Positions 34,241 through 46,420 of a stretch of DNA of 64,000 nucleotides are shown here, in pieces (within the stretch, counting starts at the first letter, position 1; every line of letters begins with the position of its first letter). The translations under genes and the position numbers were made by a program. This stretch comes from Hamiltosporidium tvaerminnensis FI-OER-3-3 (taxonomy: Eukaryota; Fungi; Microsporidia), in assembly GCA_022605425.2 (NCBI GenBank), contig CM061256.1, forward strand, positions 558,001 through 622,000. The letters are read 5' to 3'. Under the pieces are notes generated by a model. That model made no database searches. It saw only the letters and a program-made list of their open reading frames with translations, and was not told where the DNA came from.

Positions 34241-37200
34241 TTGCAGAGAATAAATATCAATCTTATCATAAATATAGAACGAAGCATGGCTGACAGAAGA
34301 GAATTGCTAGCTTGCAAAGCGAGCAGAGGAAGTTTGATTGTCTCTAAATTAACACCACGATCGTTTCGTTATAGCTTTTTTTTTCTATCTAAACAACGGA
34401 TTATCATACAAAATTATTACAGTCTCAGCCGTAGAATTTTCAAACATAAATTTTTTATGAAAAGCAGTCCAAACACGTCTTTATGTATTTATTGCAATTT
34501 CAATGCTTGCTTTACTATATTTGCATTCAAACTCGAAGGTTATTAAAAAAACCACAGGCGAAATTCTCGATAAATGTATAAAGCGTCAAAATAGGTCTTT
34601 TCATCCTTAAATTTTAATCAAGGTTTTTTATAAAGCATGTTTTCTAAAGGTCAAATAATTTTAAAAACAGTTCGATTTTATTTGATAATATTCTTTCTCT
34701 AGAATTTAAAATAAAATACATAACTCTCCTCTATATTTGCTCTCGTTTATGAAAATATTTGCTATTATGGTAACTGCACGCATTTCTGGTTGATTGACTA
34801 GCCATCTGCGCTAATACAGTACATGGATATTCTAGTGATTTATTTTCAGTTACATCCGAAAAAAGCCCTCATCACTATTTCATAAAATTCAATTATAGCC
34901 GCTTTTTGGCTTGATTAGGCTTCATAAGCGAATACTAAAATCTAATTGTCTAAAGCAAAGTAAGATCTTGTTTTTTTGTTAAATTATGTAATGTTCTGCT
35001 ATATGTATATAAGACATCGTTAGATATATAATGTATCGTTTTTTTTATCGTTTGTGGAATATTTTTACCAAGTATATTTTTATTGTCGGAGTTAAATTTA
35101 AACTTGTCAGTCCACATTTGTAACGTATAGTTTATAATTTATATCTTAATGCCTAGAGAAGTCGAGAATGTCCGAATGATGTATTATATATCCGAGCCTT
35201 TAAAATTATAGGTCACTTAAACACCAAGGTTACAAGCCAGGAATTTTAATGAATCTTAGCTAGTAATGATGGTTACTTTGATAATATTAATTATCTCTGA
35301 TATTTAAATAAGATTAAAAAAGTGAAATCTAATATTATTAATCATTTAAATTTATGTTGCTCTTTGCTATATTCAAAACGTATACTTTACAGATATAAAT
35401 TTTTTGTATGAAACTTTTTTATCTTTTCTATCTTTAGAGTTTATATTCTACGGAATTTAGACTATTCATTTATATATCAAATGAATATTTAAAAAGAAGG
35501 GAAAAAAATTGAGAAGCAGTTGGTTCAAATAAATTTATACCTATGGATTGTGTTCAATGCAATATCTAAATGTTTCCAATCTTTTTTCACTTTGCAAAGA
35601 TCTAAGAACATAACCCCCCAAAACTAAAAAAAATAAATGAAAAAAAATCAATAAATTTGATTAGATCAGTTCATATTTAAAACATTCTAGTCGAATTCAT
35701 AGAAAGTAATATTAATATATATAGAAGATTAAAAATTTAATCTATGGGATGTCTGTGATTTTGCGGATTAACGCAAAATGAATAGAAAAGAAGGTCATGG
35801 CTATAAAAGGGATACTTAAAAAGTAAAAGGTGTCGAAAGAATAAGTTGATGTAAGAAATAACCTGGATTATTTTGAATTTTGAAATAAAATAGTAAATGA
35901 TGTTTGTAAATTGAATATGTTTTTATTCTTTGGTTTTTTTATTAAATTGAGTATTACTGTTAAATATTTACCAAAGGAGTATTTCGGCTCATATGCATCA
36001 GGATTTCTTAAAAAACTATTTAAAAGCCTGTAAATAGATTCTGTATCTTTAAACTACGAAAAAGTTTATTTCTAACTAATAATTCTACTTTATAGATTAA
36101 CGTATTCCCATAGGCCCCGGGAAAAAATTGGCCTTGATAATGAGAATATATTTTTTATGAAAATATCGAGCGTTTTGAAAACGTGAAGCTTATTAGGCCG
36201 TGTCAATATCTGTAAATCTGTTCCGAATAAAACATTTCTTATTATTGTTGTTATGCTATAATATGTTAACGATTACAAATTTTAAAGCATATTTTAATTT
36301 GCGATAACGTTATACATAAAAGTTCTAAAGATATATCCGAGGCTTTGAATAAGATAGAAATTACTTTCTTTCTAAAATAAATACATAGGGCTTTTCCCAT
36401 GAGAAATAAACATGCTATATTCTTAAAAATTTATCTTATAAGAGATTTAGACCTAGACGGCAGAATGAATAGAATTTATTTGTTAGAGCGATGCGTATAA
36501 ATATTTATCGGATATGGTTTGGAATAAAATATAAGAAGAGTTTTGTCTACTGCATATTAGAAAAGAAATGTGTCTAAAAACCCTGATTTTCTAATGAACA
36601 CATGTTTTTCGTCTTTTGTATCGTCTATAAATGAATAAAGTGATATTAAGCAAATAAAAACGAGCTAATGTCTAAAAAAAATGTTATACTCTTAATGGTA
36701 AAAAAATACCAGGTCTAGTAGAATGGGACGATAAATCACTAAACCGAAATCAGAAAAATCAAAATAAAAAATGTTATAACGAAATTCAAACCAAAATAAA
36801 ATTTCAAGTTTTTTATCTTTTAAACATTCCTCTAGTTTGTAAAATTTTCCTATAATTGGCTAAAAAATCGGGAATTCTTAACTGAATGAAATGATTTTAT
36901 CACTTACAAATAAAAAAATATTTTTATCCTACTCAACGGTATTATGATCCATTAAGAGCCTTACTCTCATAGAAAAGTATTCCATATACCAAATGAAATT
37001 TTCGGAATTGTAGAAAACGAGCAAGGAACCGGCGAACAGGGGTTAAAAATGACTGAAACATGGCTTAATTAGACGATTTCATGCTATTACTGGGTCTAAA
37101 TATATCTCAACTATCTGATCAAAATTCAAATTTTTTAAAAAAATTTCGAAAAATTCTATTCATGAATTTCTAAATATTTAGGCCAAAAATTACAAATGCG

Positions 37201-38209
37201 ATTAGAATTCAACAGTCAATGTTAGAAATAATATACCATATCTATGCGGTTTGTATAAGAGGTAAGATATGGGCATTTTTTTGGATGTCTATATTCGCCA
37301 ATACTGCTTTCAAGTTCAAAAAACAGATATTCTAGATAATATAACTTATTTTGAATCAATTCGGTCTTATTATTAGAGTATTTTATGTGAGAATAATTTT
37401 CTATGTGATCAATTGGGATTTGTTGAACTTATTAACCAAAATTGTACTTTAAAAGGCTAATAGCGGTAAGAATGGAAACATCACACCTTTAAAGTACTTA
37501 AAAGGTTTTTAATCATTTTTCTTATCGAGCTAGAACATCTGTGTTATATCAAGTTTTGATAGGGTTTTAAAAACTTATATTTGTGAACTCCAAGCGAAAA
37601 TAACTAAAACTCATAATTTTATTACATTTAAGCGTCATCCAGTAAGAATCAGTTTAGTATGTAAACTCCTAAAAATTTTATCGGAATGAAGAAAAAATAA
37701 TTAAAAAATGCATCTAATAAATATGAAATTTGTAGCATCTAATCGATTCACAAATGAATTACGAAAGATGTTGTATCAGCCTACATAATAATGGTTTAAT
37801 ACTTCTTTATATAAAATAAAAAATAATATTTTATTTAAATTCTAATTTTCAATAGAAGGAATAAAGCACCCAGAGGAAGAAGATCAAATGCATCGACTTT
37901 TAATAAAATAATTTCAGTTTGTACTAGTTTCCACACCCTTTTATTTAAAAGATACATCCGGTCTCTAAAAACAATGTTTTACTCATATGCTTAGAAAAAG
38001 CAATACCAGAAGGAGAACCAAAACCTTCACAATATTAATCAAAGTGAATATTTAATAAATGCATTTTTTTTTCAACATCACGCATCCTACCCTTTATTTT
38101 GTATTTCAAATATTACCCCGTTAATTTACTAATGACCATTTATTTTTATGTCCCCCTTTTAAATTTTACTTATTAATAAATAAAAATATTTTTAATTTTA
38201 CCCCTAAAA

Positions 38210-38863
38210 ATGAATACAATGAATTTAGAACCGCTTATAAATTTCTTCTTTATTTTTTTCCCAATCGTGGGCTATTTACCACAAATAATTACACTTCAAT
38301 CGGTATTTCCTCCTCTTCTTTCTACAATAACAATAATAGCAAATCTATTAAAAATATTTTATTATAAAGTGAATAAATATGAAAAACCTATTTTATACCA
38401 ATCATTTGTAGTTATTGGCGTTCATTCTTTTTTATTATATTTTTATAATAAAAAATTATCTTATTTAGAAGAAAAAATATTTAAACATAAAAATTTAAAT
38501 AGAATTTATCAAAAATATGGGTTATTTACTTTAAATATGATACTCATTACATTTATTGCTTTAACTTTGAATTGTCTTTGTTTTATAAATGGAATGGAGA
38601 ATTTATTTATTGGGTGTGGATTTCTTTCACTCACGTTTGAATCTCTCGTAGGAGTAATACAGATTGTTATTAATAAAGTGGACAATAAAAAATTACCAAT
38701 TGGTATCAAAAAACAGAGGTGTGGAAAAGAATTGTTTTTTTGTTGGTTTTTTGGTGATTTGTCTAGATTTGTTTGGATGATTTGGTTGAAATCACCCGTT
38801 CTTCTTGTTCTATCTGTTGTGTTTCAAATCGGTATAGATTTAGCATTGATATTTGATTTGTAA
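38210..38863 (+). CDS. PQ-loop family membrane protein (PQLC1/Any1-like)
   Basis: acccctaaaaATG start; GYLPQI first PQ motif, ANLLKIFYY, YQS and WFFGD; multiple hydrophobic helices; the second PQ is degenerate (GVIQ). Confidence 0.8.
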   Translation: MNTMNLEPLINFFFIFFPIVGYLPQIITLQSVFPPLLSTITIIANLLKIFYYKVNKYEKPILYQSFVVIGVHSFLLYFYNKKLSYLEEKIFKHKNLNRIYQKYGLFTLNMILITFIALTLNCLCFINGMENLFIGCGFLSLTFESLVGVIQIVINKVDNKKLPIGIKKQRCGKELFFCWFFGDLSRFVWMIWLKSPVLLVLSVVFQIGIDLALIFDL

Positions 38864-39949
38864 TAAAAATAATGGTGTACTACCTGTTTATTGGTGTAAT
38901 GGTTACATTTCAAATAATATAGATTTGTATTTGGTTTATAATAAATAATATCTCTTCTTACAGCTTTATATTTATTTTTGTAATAAAATAAATTTATAGC
39001 TTAATTTTATCTTTTCTTTTATCATATTGTTCTTATTTGGTTTATAAACTAGTTTCGGCATCGAAATCCTTGATAATGAATCGATTCTTGAGATATGTTA
39101 TAATTAAGAGTAGTATAAAATTTGATATTAAAACAGGTATTAAAAAAGGTATAAAATATAAATTTCAAAAACTGGTATCTAAGATGTTTAACAAAAATAA
39201 TTTAGTTAAGGCGAATATTAAGTGGTAAAACTATTTAGATTTCAATTTTATTTCTCTTTTAAAATTAAAAATTTTAGTAAATCATTTTTTTTAGTAAATT
39301 TTCTTTAAACTTACTATTTTTTGTTTTCAATTTGCCTTTTTGAGTAAAAATACTGAAAAAGTATTTTTTATTTTTTTTTTATTTTATTATCATTATTATC
39401 ATTGTTTAATTTAAAAAACTTATGTGTATAATACTTTAGTATTTGAATATTGGTTTTTAATTTATTTATACATACTTTGGTATTTTCATTTGGTTTCAAA
39501 CGAAAAATATTTTTTCTAATTCTATTTTTTATTTCTCTCTTAACATTCAGTAGATGTAAAAATTATTTATTGAATTCATTTAATTTTTACTATTTTATTC
39601 TGTTTTATTCTCTTTTATTCTGTTTTATTACAATTAATCCAGTGCGTCTCTTTTCTTTAAATAAATAAGTGTTTGATAGATTAGATTTATAATATCAATA
39701 AAATAAGTATTTTGATGGATTTTAGACTTTTAAGTCTTTTTTTTATACACAAAGTACATTAATTTGCTTATTGAAACATCTAAAAAATAAAGATTAAAAT
39801 AGTATTGTTTTGTTTGCAATATTTCTTTATTTTAGATAAAAAATGGGTTTATTGTTCGTAACTTTTACTTTTAGCTATGAACTGCGTTTCCTTAGTAAAA
39901 TTATGTTTTATACGAAAAGACATTTTTAATTATAACATCTAATTTGTCT

Positions 39950-40270
39950 TTATATTTATAGTAGCTCTTAAACTCGTAGAAAAGAACTTAATTTTACATT
40001 AAATAAAAAACAAAACTGAACGTGTATATTAATCTCCCTAAACATTGATATCCGAGTCACAAATTCTGAATCTTTTCCTTTAATATTTTAACCTTCACCA
40101 AGTCTGTTGTTTTTATATTTTTTAATCTTTCATATCTGAATCTTTAGCTGTTCCAGTGTGTTTCTTAATAAATCTTAAGAGCATTTTAAACAAGCAATTT
40201 TTTTGCACGCTTTTTTTGGTTCTCTATATTTCTTTAGAGCTTAAGCTCGTTATTTTCTATTATTACGTTT
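39950..40270. repeat. Highly diverged copy of repeat family A
   Basis: Patchy similarity to 24010-24305 (e.g. cttaaactcgtagaaa vs tttaagctcgtagaaa; tttagagcttaagctcg vs ttcagagcttcggctcg). Confidence 0.45.
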
Positions 40271-40372
40271 GAATTTGTATCAGTATTTATTGAATTTCGT
40301 TTTTTGGTGATATTTAGTCGTATAACGCATTGACAGGTTGTGGAAAAGTTTTCTGATGTAATATGGTTTATT

Positions 40373-40599
40373 CATTCATCTTCTGCACTACATTACATAC
40401 GAGCCTTGGCCTTCCACGGTAATGCCGCCCACCGGTCTCTTTCCCGTGGGTTCGTTTACTTTTCTGGGTTTCCTACAGGGTGGTTTTATTGGGAGGGTTT
40501 TTAGACCTACACCCAGCCTGGAAGACCAGTCCCCTTTATGCCTCTTATGACGAGTAGAGAATACTTCAAGCCAATTCTGCTCCCGGAATGGTAGGGTTT
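40373..40599 (-). mobile_element. Short RTE-like bipartite non-autonomous retroposon (SINE, family C)
   Basis: 11-bp TSD tatggtttatt (40362-40372 / 40600-40610). Homologous to 49717-49952. RTE-type 3' tail ggccaaggctcg...tgtagtgc followed by (atga)n. Confidence 0.8.
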
Positions 40600-40928
40600 T
40601 ATGGTTTATTGGTCTATTAAATTTTATATAATTTCCAATTATTTTTATTAAATCTTTTAATTTTGTCAGTTATAAAATTCAATTGTATTATTTAGGGCAT
40701 AATTTTTTATCCAACCAGTATCTAGGATCTAAAATTTATACATAAATGCTTTAAGAATTGATTCCATTATAGAATTATTTATGAATTGGTAAAAAAAGCT
40801 TAAAAGAATTCTAAAAAAACATTACGTTGAATTTTACTTTAAAAAAAATATGTTTATAATGTTATTCTTGCCAGATACCACAACATAGAAAAGATGAATA
40901 TCATTATTTTGTCACATAATATTTTCTT

Positions 40929-41667
40929 ATACGGTTACTTGATTTTTTTAAGCCGATATCGGGACATATGAGTAAAAAGTGCCAAAAAATCGTGATTTTC
41001 GATGAATGATCGGGACAAACCCCCCCCCCCGGAAGTACCCAGTCTTGCCATAAGTTCAATTTCAAAATTAAACATAAAGCTTAGCTAAAATAAATGCCTA
41101 CTGAAACGTGCCTACTGTTTATCTCAGATATGAAGCTAAGGATTACCAGTTCACAATTTTATAAATAAATTACTTTTCCCAAGAACTATGAGCACTTTAT
41201 TTTCTAGTGACACTTTTTCTTCTAACAGAACTTACGGCAGGACTAGGTATAATGTGAAAAAAGAAAATGAAAATACGTACATTGTTTCTTTCAAAATAAC
41301 TGTTTATTAAAGGTTTTTTATTTTCCATACTTTGATGATAATTAGAGTTCTCATTTTAGTTAATACCTACTTATTTATTCCAGTAGAGTAAGTAGGTGTA
41401 GGCAGAGCAGATGTAGACAGCGAAAAAATCACAAGCAACTGAGACTAAAATATATGGGGTGTAGAGATCCAGACATCTGTTTGGTATATAGAAGGAACTT
41501 TTCTTGGAATATAAGAGGGATAACTGATACCTCCACTTTGCCTTCCAAGAACTCCTGACATATATTTCCGAGTGTGGCCTTATAGGAATCATCAAATAAA
41601 CTGTCAGATAATGAAACTGGGAAAGGATAGGGATGTCCGGACCAAATCGGGACATCTGGAAACTCTA
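40929..41667. mobile_element. Possible hAT-type MITE relic
   Basis: The right end reads tagagtttccagatgtcccgat on the minus strand. atcgggaca motifs recur near both ends (~40957, ~41008, ~41646). The left terminus is degenerate and no TSD was found. Confidence 0.35.
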
Positions 41668-42389
41668 GTCGCCAGTGTCATAGTCCCCGTAACAGCCTTT
41701 TTCATTTGTCATAAAACTTTAAAAGTTTCTAAAGCTACGATGAAAATAACCGGAAAAGGAAGCGATTGATATATTTATCTTTTAAACAGATCATATTAAC
41801 TATTTTCAAAAATTTGTGGTTTCTGCCTTGCCATAATATAAATCTATAAAATATATCTTACGCTATACCCTACGACCTCTTTTTGCGCTATGCCATCAAC
41901 CCATTCTAAAAGTTTTTAAATGTCTAACAATGAAATTGTACATTTATATTTGTTCGGGGTTCTTTACAAAACTCTCTTATTACATTACAAAAATTCGAGT
42001 TAAGCTGACTAATATGAAGAGTATAAGACCAAATATCGTAATCTCGCTCGAGGAACCCATAAAAAAAATATCTTTGATATTTACGAGCTATTTATAAGAG
42101 TAAAGGATTCGTTGACTCGTGTAACTAAATAATTGTTTTTAAATAGTAAAGTTTTATTTATATTATTACATCAGTTCTTTTGTTTCCTTTCTTCCATCCT
42201 TGGAGTTGTAATAAAATATAATTTTATACTTTATAAGGGAATCTAATAACTATAATTATGTAGTAGAATACTACATAAATAATTTCCATGCAAAAGCATA
42301 GAACACTAGTCTTGAAAATTCATATTAGAAGTTTAAGCGCCTTAGAAAAACAAAAATAAAACTCTTTGAAGCCCAAAAAATTACAATGC

Positions 42390-42750
42390 TAGTATACCTG
42401 TTGGTGAAACATTTACTATTTGAATGTCGCTTATGTAAATCGCAGAAATATATCTTAACTGATAGTTTATTAGCTTCGGTAAGTGTAGAGTAGGTGGAAA
42501 TCCTGCATAGTATTGGGGGCAGGATATGTTTTTACATTCGATCATATTCCATGCAGCAAACTCAGGCAACTGTCTCGCCTATTGAATAGTTTCAAAATAC
42601 GTTTAGATTAAAGGCTTTGTAATATAGGTATCTTAAGGCATACTTAAGGAATGATTAGGAGCAGTTAGATAAAACTAAAACTTTGTAATATCAGAAGAAA
42701 AATAACTTATGCGAATGTATTTAAAAGATGTGATATTTCAAATAAAACTG
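42390..42750 (+). mobile_element. Diverged 5'-truncated copy of retroposon family B
   Basis: Collinear with 33860-34240: atacctgttggt, gaaatatatctta, aagtgtagagta, ctgcatagt..ggggg, ggcaactg.ctcgcc and aaagatgtgata. Confidence 0.75.
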
Positions 42751-43299
42751 AATAAACAAGTATAAATTTGCTATTTAAACTTAAGGTAATAAATGAGTCT
42801 AAGATCCGAATATTATGAACTTAAAATGTCAAATGGTTTTTGTTTTAAAAACTTATCGGGCTTATATTATTGAAGTGGAATTTTCGTTCAGATTTCTAGG
42901 GCTTATGACAAAACATCGTATTTTATCATGTCAGGCCTTTTTATAATTTGGAATTTGTTTTATTAGTTAAGTAAACCAAAAAAATGTTCTAAATAGGTAT
43001 TTTATAGCAAAGGAGTATAAATATCTTTAAAATAAAATAAAACAACATAATTCTCGATCTTTCAAGTTCCCGTATTCTCTCCTTGCATCCATATTCATTT
43101 TTTCGTCTTTATAAAGTATATTTTCAAAAATCTGTCCTTTTAAAGTATTTCCGAATGCTTAACTGTGCATCCCATATTAGGAAATTAATGACATAATAAA
43201 ATATTTTTAAGGTATAAATTTTTATTGCGTTATATTTCTTCAAATAATTATGTATGACACGTTAGAAAGCTAGAGTGTAAAAATTTAATTATATCTCTA

Positions 43300-43970
43300 A
43301 TTTGAATATCAAATATCTAAAAATGGCATTTATTATAGTGCTTTGATGACAGTAACGCAGTTCTGGGATTACATAGATAACTGTTTCCTTGAAGGTTCCC
43401 TTAAGATACGTTATCACATTTTTTGTCTAAAAGGTATTTAAAACATCTAAAAGCAACGAGTTGCCTAAAGCTTGTATTTTTTTGTTGATTTGACTGGAAT
43501 GGCCGCCTATAAACCGCCTTGATACCCATAGACCCGCAGAATCCCGACTTGCTATGTACTTTTCCGTACGCACTATAATTTTAGCTAAGATATATCTAGC
43601 GACTTAGATGAAATGTATCTAGACATCGCAATCTCATACCAACAAGTATAACCTGCTACTTAGTTTTCTTTTATTTTGAGATGGTTTGTTTTTTTTGTAT
43701 CTCATAGGCGCTAAGTCTTCTGCTCGAGTGAACAAGGCTAGTTTTTAAAGAGATTTACTTAAGATTTCATTTTTGAGTGTTCAACCGATTAAAAAAGACA
43801 TATTAAGTTTGAAAAAGAATGTTACACGATCTCGTAGATTTCTCTTCCTGAGCAAATTTGCAATTATAAATCAAAATTTTATGTGATATTATCTCACAAA
43901 AAATAGCAAAAAATGATTTCAGACCGATTTACCTAATCATTGCCAAGCAGATGGATTTAATGCGGTTATT
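43300..43970 (-). mobile_element. Diverged near-full-length copy of retroposon family B
   Basis: Reverse-complement matches: atgacagtaacgcagttct, tagctaagatatat, cataccaaca.gtataacctgctacttag, aggcgctaagtcttct, cgagtga.caaggcta and cattgccaagcaga. Confidence 0.75.
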
Positions 43971-44199
43971 TTTAATGTTATTTAAAGTTCTTAAGTATAT
44001 TTTATAGCATCAAATTAATAAGTAATAGCCTAAGAATCATAAACTATATTTAAATATTTACTATAAATTTTATATTTTATCTTTCTTTAAATCCATTCTA
44101 TATTTCTCTTTTCATTTATTTTTCCCGTTGAAAAATTTTTTTATTCATTTCCTCTTAAAAATCATTTTTTAGATTTAATTCATTTTTTTTAAACCCCTA

Positions 44200-45105
44200 A
44201 TGTTATTAGCAACACATAACGGTTTATTTCATTATGATGAGGTATTAGCGACAGCAATATTAAAAAAAATATATCCAGATGCAAAAATAATGAGAACAAG
44301 AAATATAAAACTATTATCAACAGCTGATATAGTATATGATGTAGGTGATGCTTATGATGCATCTAGACATAGATATGACCATCACCAAATATCTTTTGAT
44401 GAGCGTTTTTCTGAAAAATATACAATAAAAATGTCGAGTTGTGGTTTAATATTTAAACATTTTCATGAAAGATTATTAGAAAAATATGGGTTGTATTTAG
44501 ACAGCAAGTATTATAATTTTATGGTTGATGAAATATATGCAAGTTATTTTTTATATGCTGATGGTATGGATAATGGTATCGATATATTTGATAATAGTAT
44601 TGCTGTACGTACATTTTCAAATGTAATGTATGAATTAGCAAAGCTCAATTCAAACTATAACGATGGATTTTATGAAGCTTTGAGTGTGGTAAGTAAGGAT
44701 TTAGAACAATTTCTTACTTTTAAGATAAAATATTGGTTGCCTTCTTTGGAAATATTGGTAAGTGAAATGGAAAAACAAAGTGGTGACATATTTTTTACCA
44801 AACAAAATGATTTCAGTACAGAGACAGCTTTTGTGGCAGAGAAAATATTAAATAAGGATTTTAAATTTGCTGTGTGTGAAGTCGAAAGCAATAATTTCAG
44901 AATTTATGCTTTTCAGGTTGAAAGATATAAATTTAAATCTAAAATTGCTCTCAGAAAAGAATGGAGAGGATTAAGAGGAGCAGAACTTAAAAATGTCTGT
45001 AAAATTGAAGGGTGTGTTTTTGTTCATGCAACAGGATTTACGGGTGGAAATGAGACGCTTAAAGGTGCAATCAAGATGTGTAACGGGTCACTTGGCTACA
45101 TCTAA
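44200..45105 (+). CDS. MYG1: MYG1 family (UPF0160) exonuclease
   Basis: THNGLFHYDE, IVYDVG, RYDHHQ, SSCGLIFKHF, DGMDNG, EWRGLRG and FVHATGFTGG motifs; acccctaATG start. Confidence 0.93.
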   Translation: MLLATHNGLFHYDEVLATAILKKIYPDAKIMRTRNIKLLSTADIVYDVGDAYDASRHRYDHHQISFDERFSEKYTIKMSSCGLIFKHFHERLLEKYGLYLDSKYYNFMVDEIYASYFLYADGMDNGIDIFDNSIAVRTFSNVMYELAKLNSNYNDGFYEALSVVSKDLEQFLTFKIKYWLPSLEILVSEMEKQSGDIFFTKQNDFSTETAFVAEKILNKDFKFAVCEVESNNFRIYAFQVERYKFKSKIALRKEWRGLRGAELKNVCKIEGCVFVHATGFTGGNETLKGAIKMCNGSLGYI

Positions 45106-45304
45106 TTTATTTAATTTGTTTTAAAAAACATTAAATCTTGAAAAGTTATTTATCTTTTAATCTTATTAATGGTTCATTTATAAATATTTTAATCAATAAT
45201 TAGTTTTTTTAAAAAAAATATTTCTATTCGAAAATAAAAATGTGATAAGGTTTCTGAAAGACATTTAACAAAGTCAAATACTATAATACATTTAATTATT
45301 ACCG

Positions 45305-46210
45305 TTAATCATAAGTTTTTCCATAACCTTTGCCAAATTTTTTAGCTTCTTCATTATTTTCTTGTTTTTGACTTTCACATGTCGTTTTGGCTGCTTCCTT
45401 TGGTAAAGGTGGATTAGCATTATAATTTACACCAAATGGAGTCATAAAAGAAGTAGGTTGCATCATCATATAAGGATTAGGCATTGCAGGATTAGCCATC
45501 ATCTGAAATGCGGGTTGGAAGGGCTGTTGGAAAGGCTGTTGGAAGGGCTGTTGGAAAGGCTGAGCAAAAGGTTGCTGGAAAGGCATATACGGAGCGTAGG
45601 GCATACCAAGACTATAGAACTTCCAGGCAATAAAGAAACTAAAGAGTCGTCGGCGATTAATCATAGTCGTACAATCTCTACATGTATTACATCTTGTAGT
45701 TCCTATTTTAGCCATCATTTCGACAATAACATTTTCTGTCCAATCACCACTCTGGCTGGGCTTTGGTGGCCAACTGCTTTCAGAAAATGGAAGTTCATAT
45801 ATTTCATGGGCTAAAATGTATTGACAGGGTGCATCTTGGGTACAAGTACAACAATTTTTACAGGCTAAACTTCTATTTATAACTCCAAGTAATCTTTCAT
45901 ATAATTCTTTACTGGTAATAGGAGTTGCTGGGTTTGCTGGAGTAGGAATTGAAGGTGTGGGAGGAATATTTGTAGGTTGGAAAGGGTTTGGAGTTGTGTT
46001 GCATTGCCCGAGATGTTGTAAAATGGTGTTGAGTTTTTCTGTCATTTCATTTTTGCCTTGTTGAAATGCTGCTATGAGTTGCGTGTTTGAAGAAGTTAGT
46101 GTCTTTGTTACGTGATCTTGCATGGAATTTCTGGTTGTCTCGATTGATCGGAGGATTTCTGCTTCATCACAAAGGCTGAGAATAGAGAAAAGGAAGAATA
46201 ATAAAATCAT
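45305..46210 (-). CDS. Secreted Cys-, Pro- and QQPF-repeat protein (candidate spore wall or polar tube structural protein), 301 aa
   Basis: The first ATG at 46210 gives the signal peptide MILLFFLFSILSLC. It has a Pro/Thr-rich linker, Cys clusters CKNCCTC..C and C..CRDC, tandem QQPF-type repeats and a higher GC content than its flanks. The functional call is inference. Confidence 0.8.
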   Translation of the reverse strand: MILLFFLFSILSLCDEAEILRSIETTRNSMQDHVTKTLTSSNTQLIAAFQQGKNEMTEKLNTILQHLGQCNTTPNPFQPTNIPPTPSIPTPANPATPITSKELYERLLGVINRSLACKNCCTCTQDAPCQYILAHEIYELPFSESSWPPKPSQSGDWTENVIVEMMAKIGTTRCNTCRDCTTMINRRRLFSFFIAWKFYSLGMPYAPYMPFQQPFAQPFQQPFQQPFQQPFQPAFQMMANPAMPNPYMMMQPTSFMTPFGVNYNANPPLPKEAAKTTCESQKQENNEEAKKFGKGYGKTYD

Positions 46211-46239
46211 AAAAATTAGTTTTCTCAACTCTTATATAC

Positions 46240-46420
46240 TTTTAAAAAACCTTATTTTATAAAAAATAAGATTGATAGGTTTGAAATTTATCAAATTTCA
46301 TTTTTTTCAAGTATTTTTAGAAAACCTTATTTCGTAAAATAAGATTGATAGGTTTGAAATTTATCAAATTTAAGTATTTTTAAAAAACCTCATTTCTTAA
46401 AATAAGATTGATAGGTTTGA
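46240..46420. promoter_or_regulatory. Three tandem ~60-70-bp repeats immediately upstream of the secreted-protein gene
   Basis: aaaacct.att...aaaataagattgataggtttga occurs three times (~46245, ~46321, ~46383). A regulatory role is inferred from position only. Confidence 0.55.

Noticed and set aside
34250-34950. Second Merlin-like relic on the minus strand (VFGL..ENSTAET)
   Set aside because: Too decayed to support by eye.
41850-42130. RT relic on the minus strand (IFGLILFIL after a GVPQG-like stretch)
   Set aside because: Only one weak motif.
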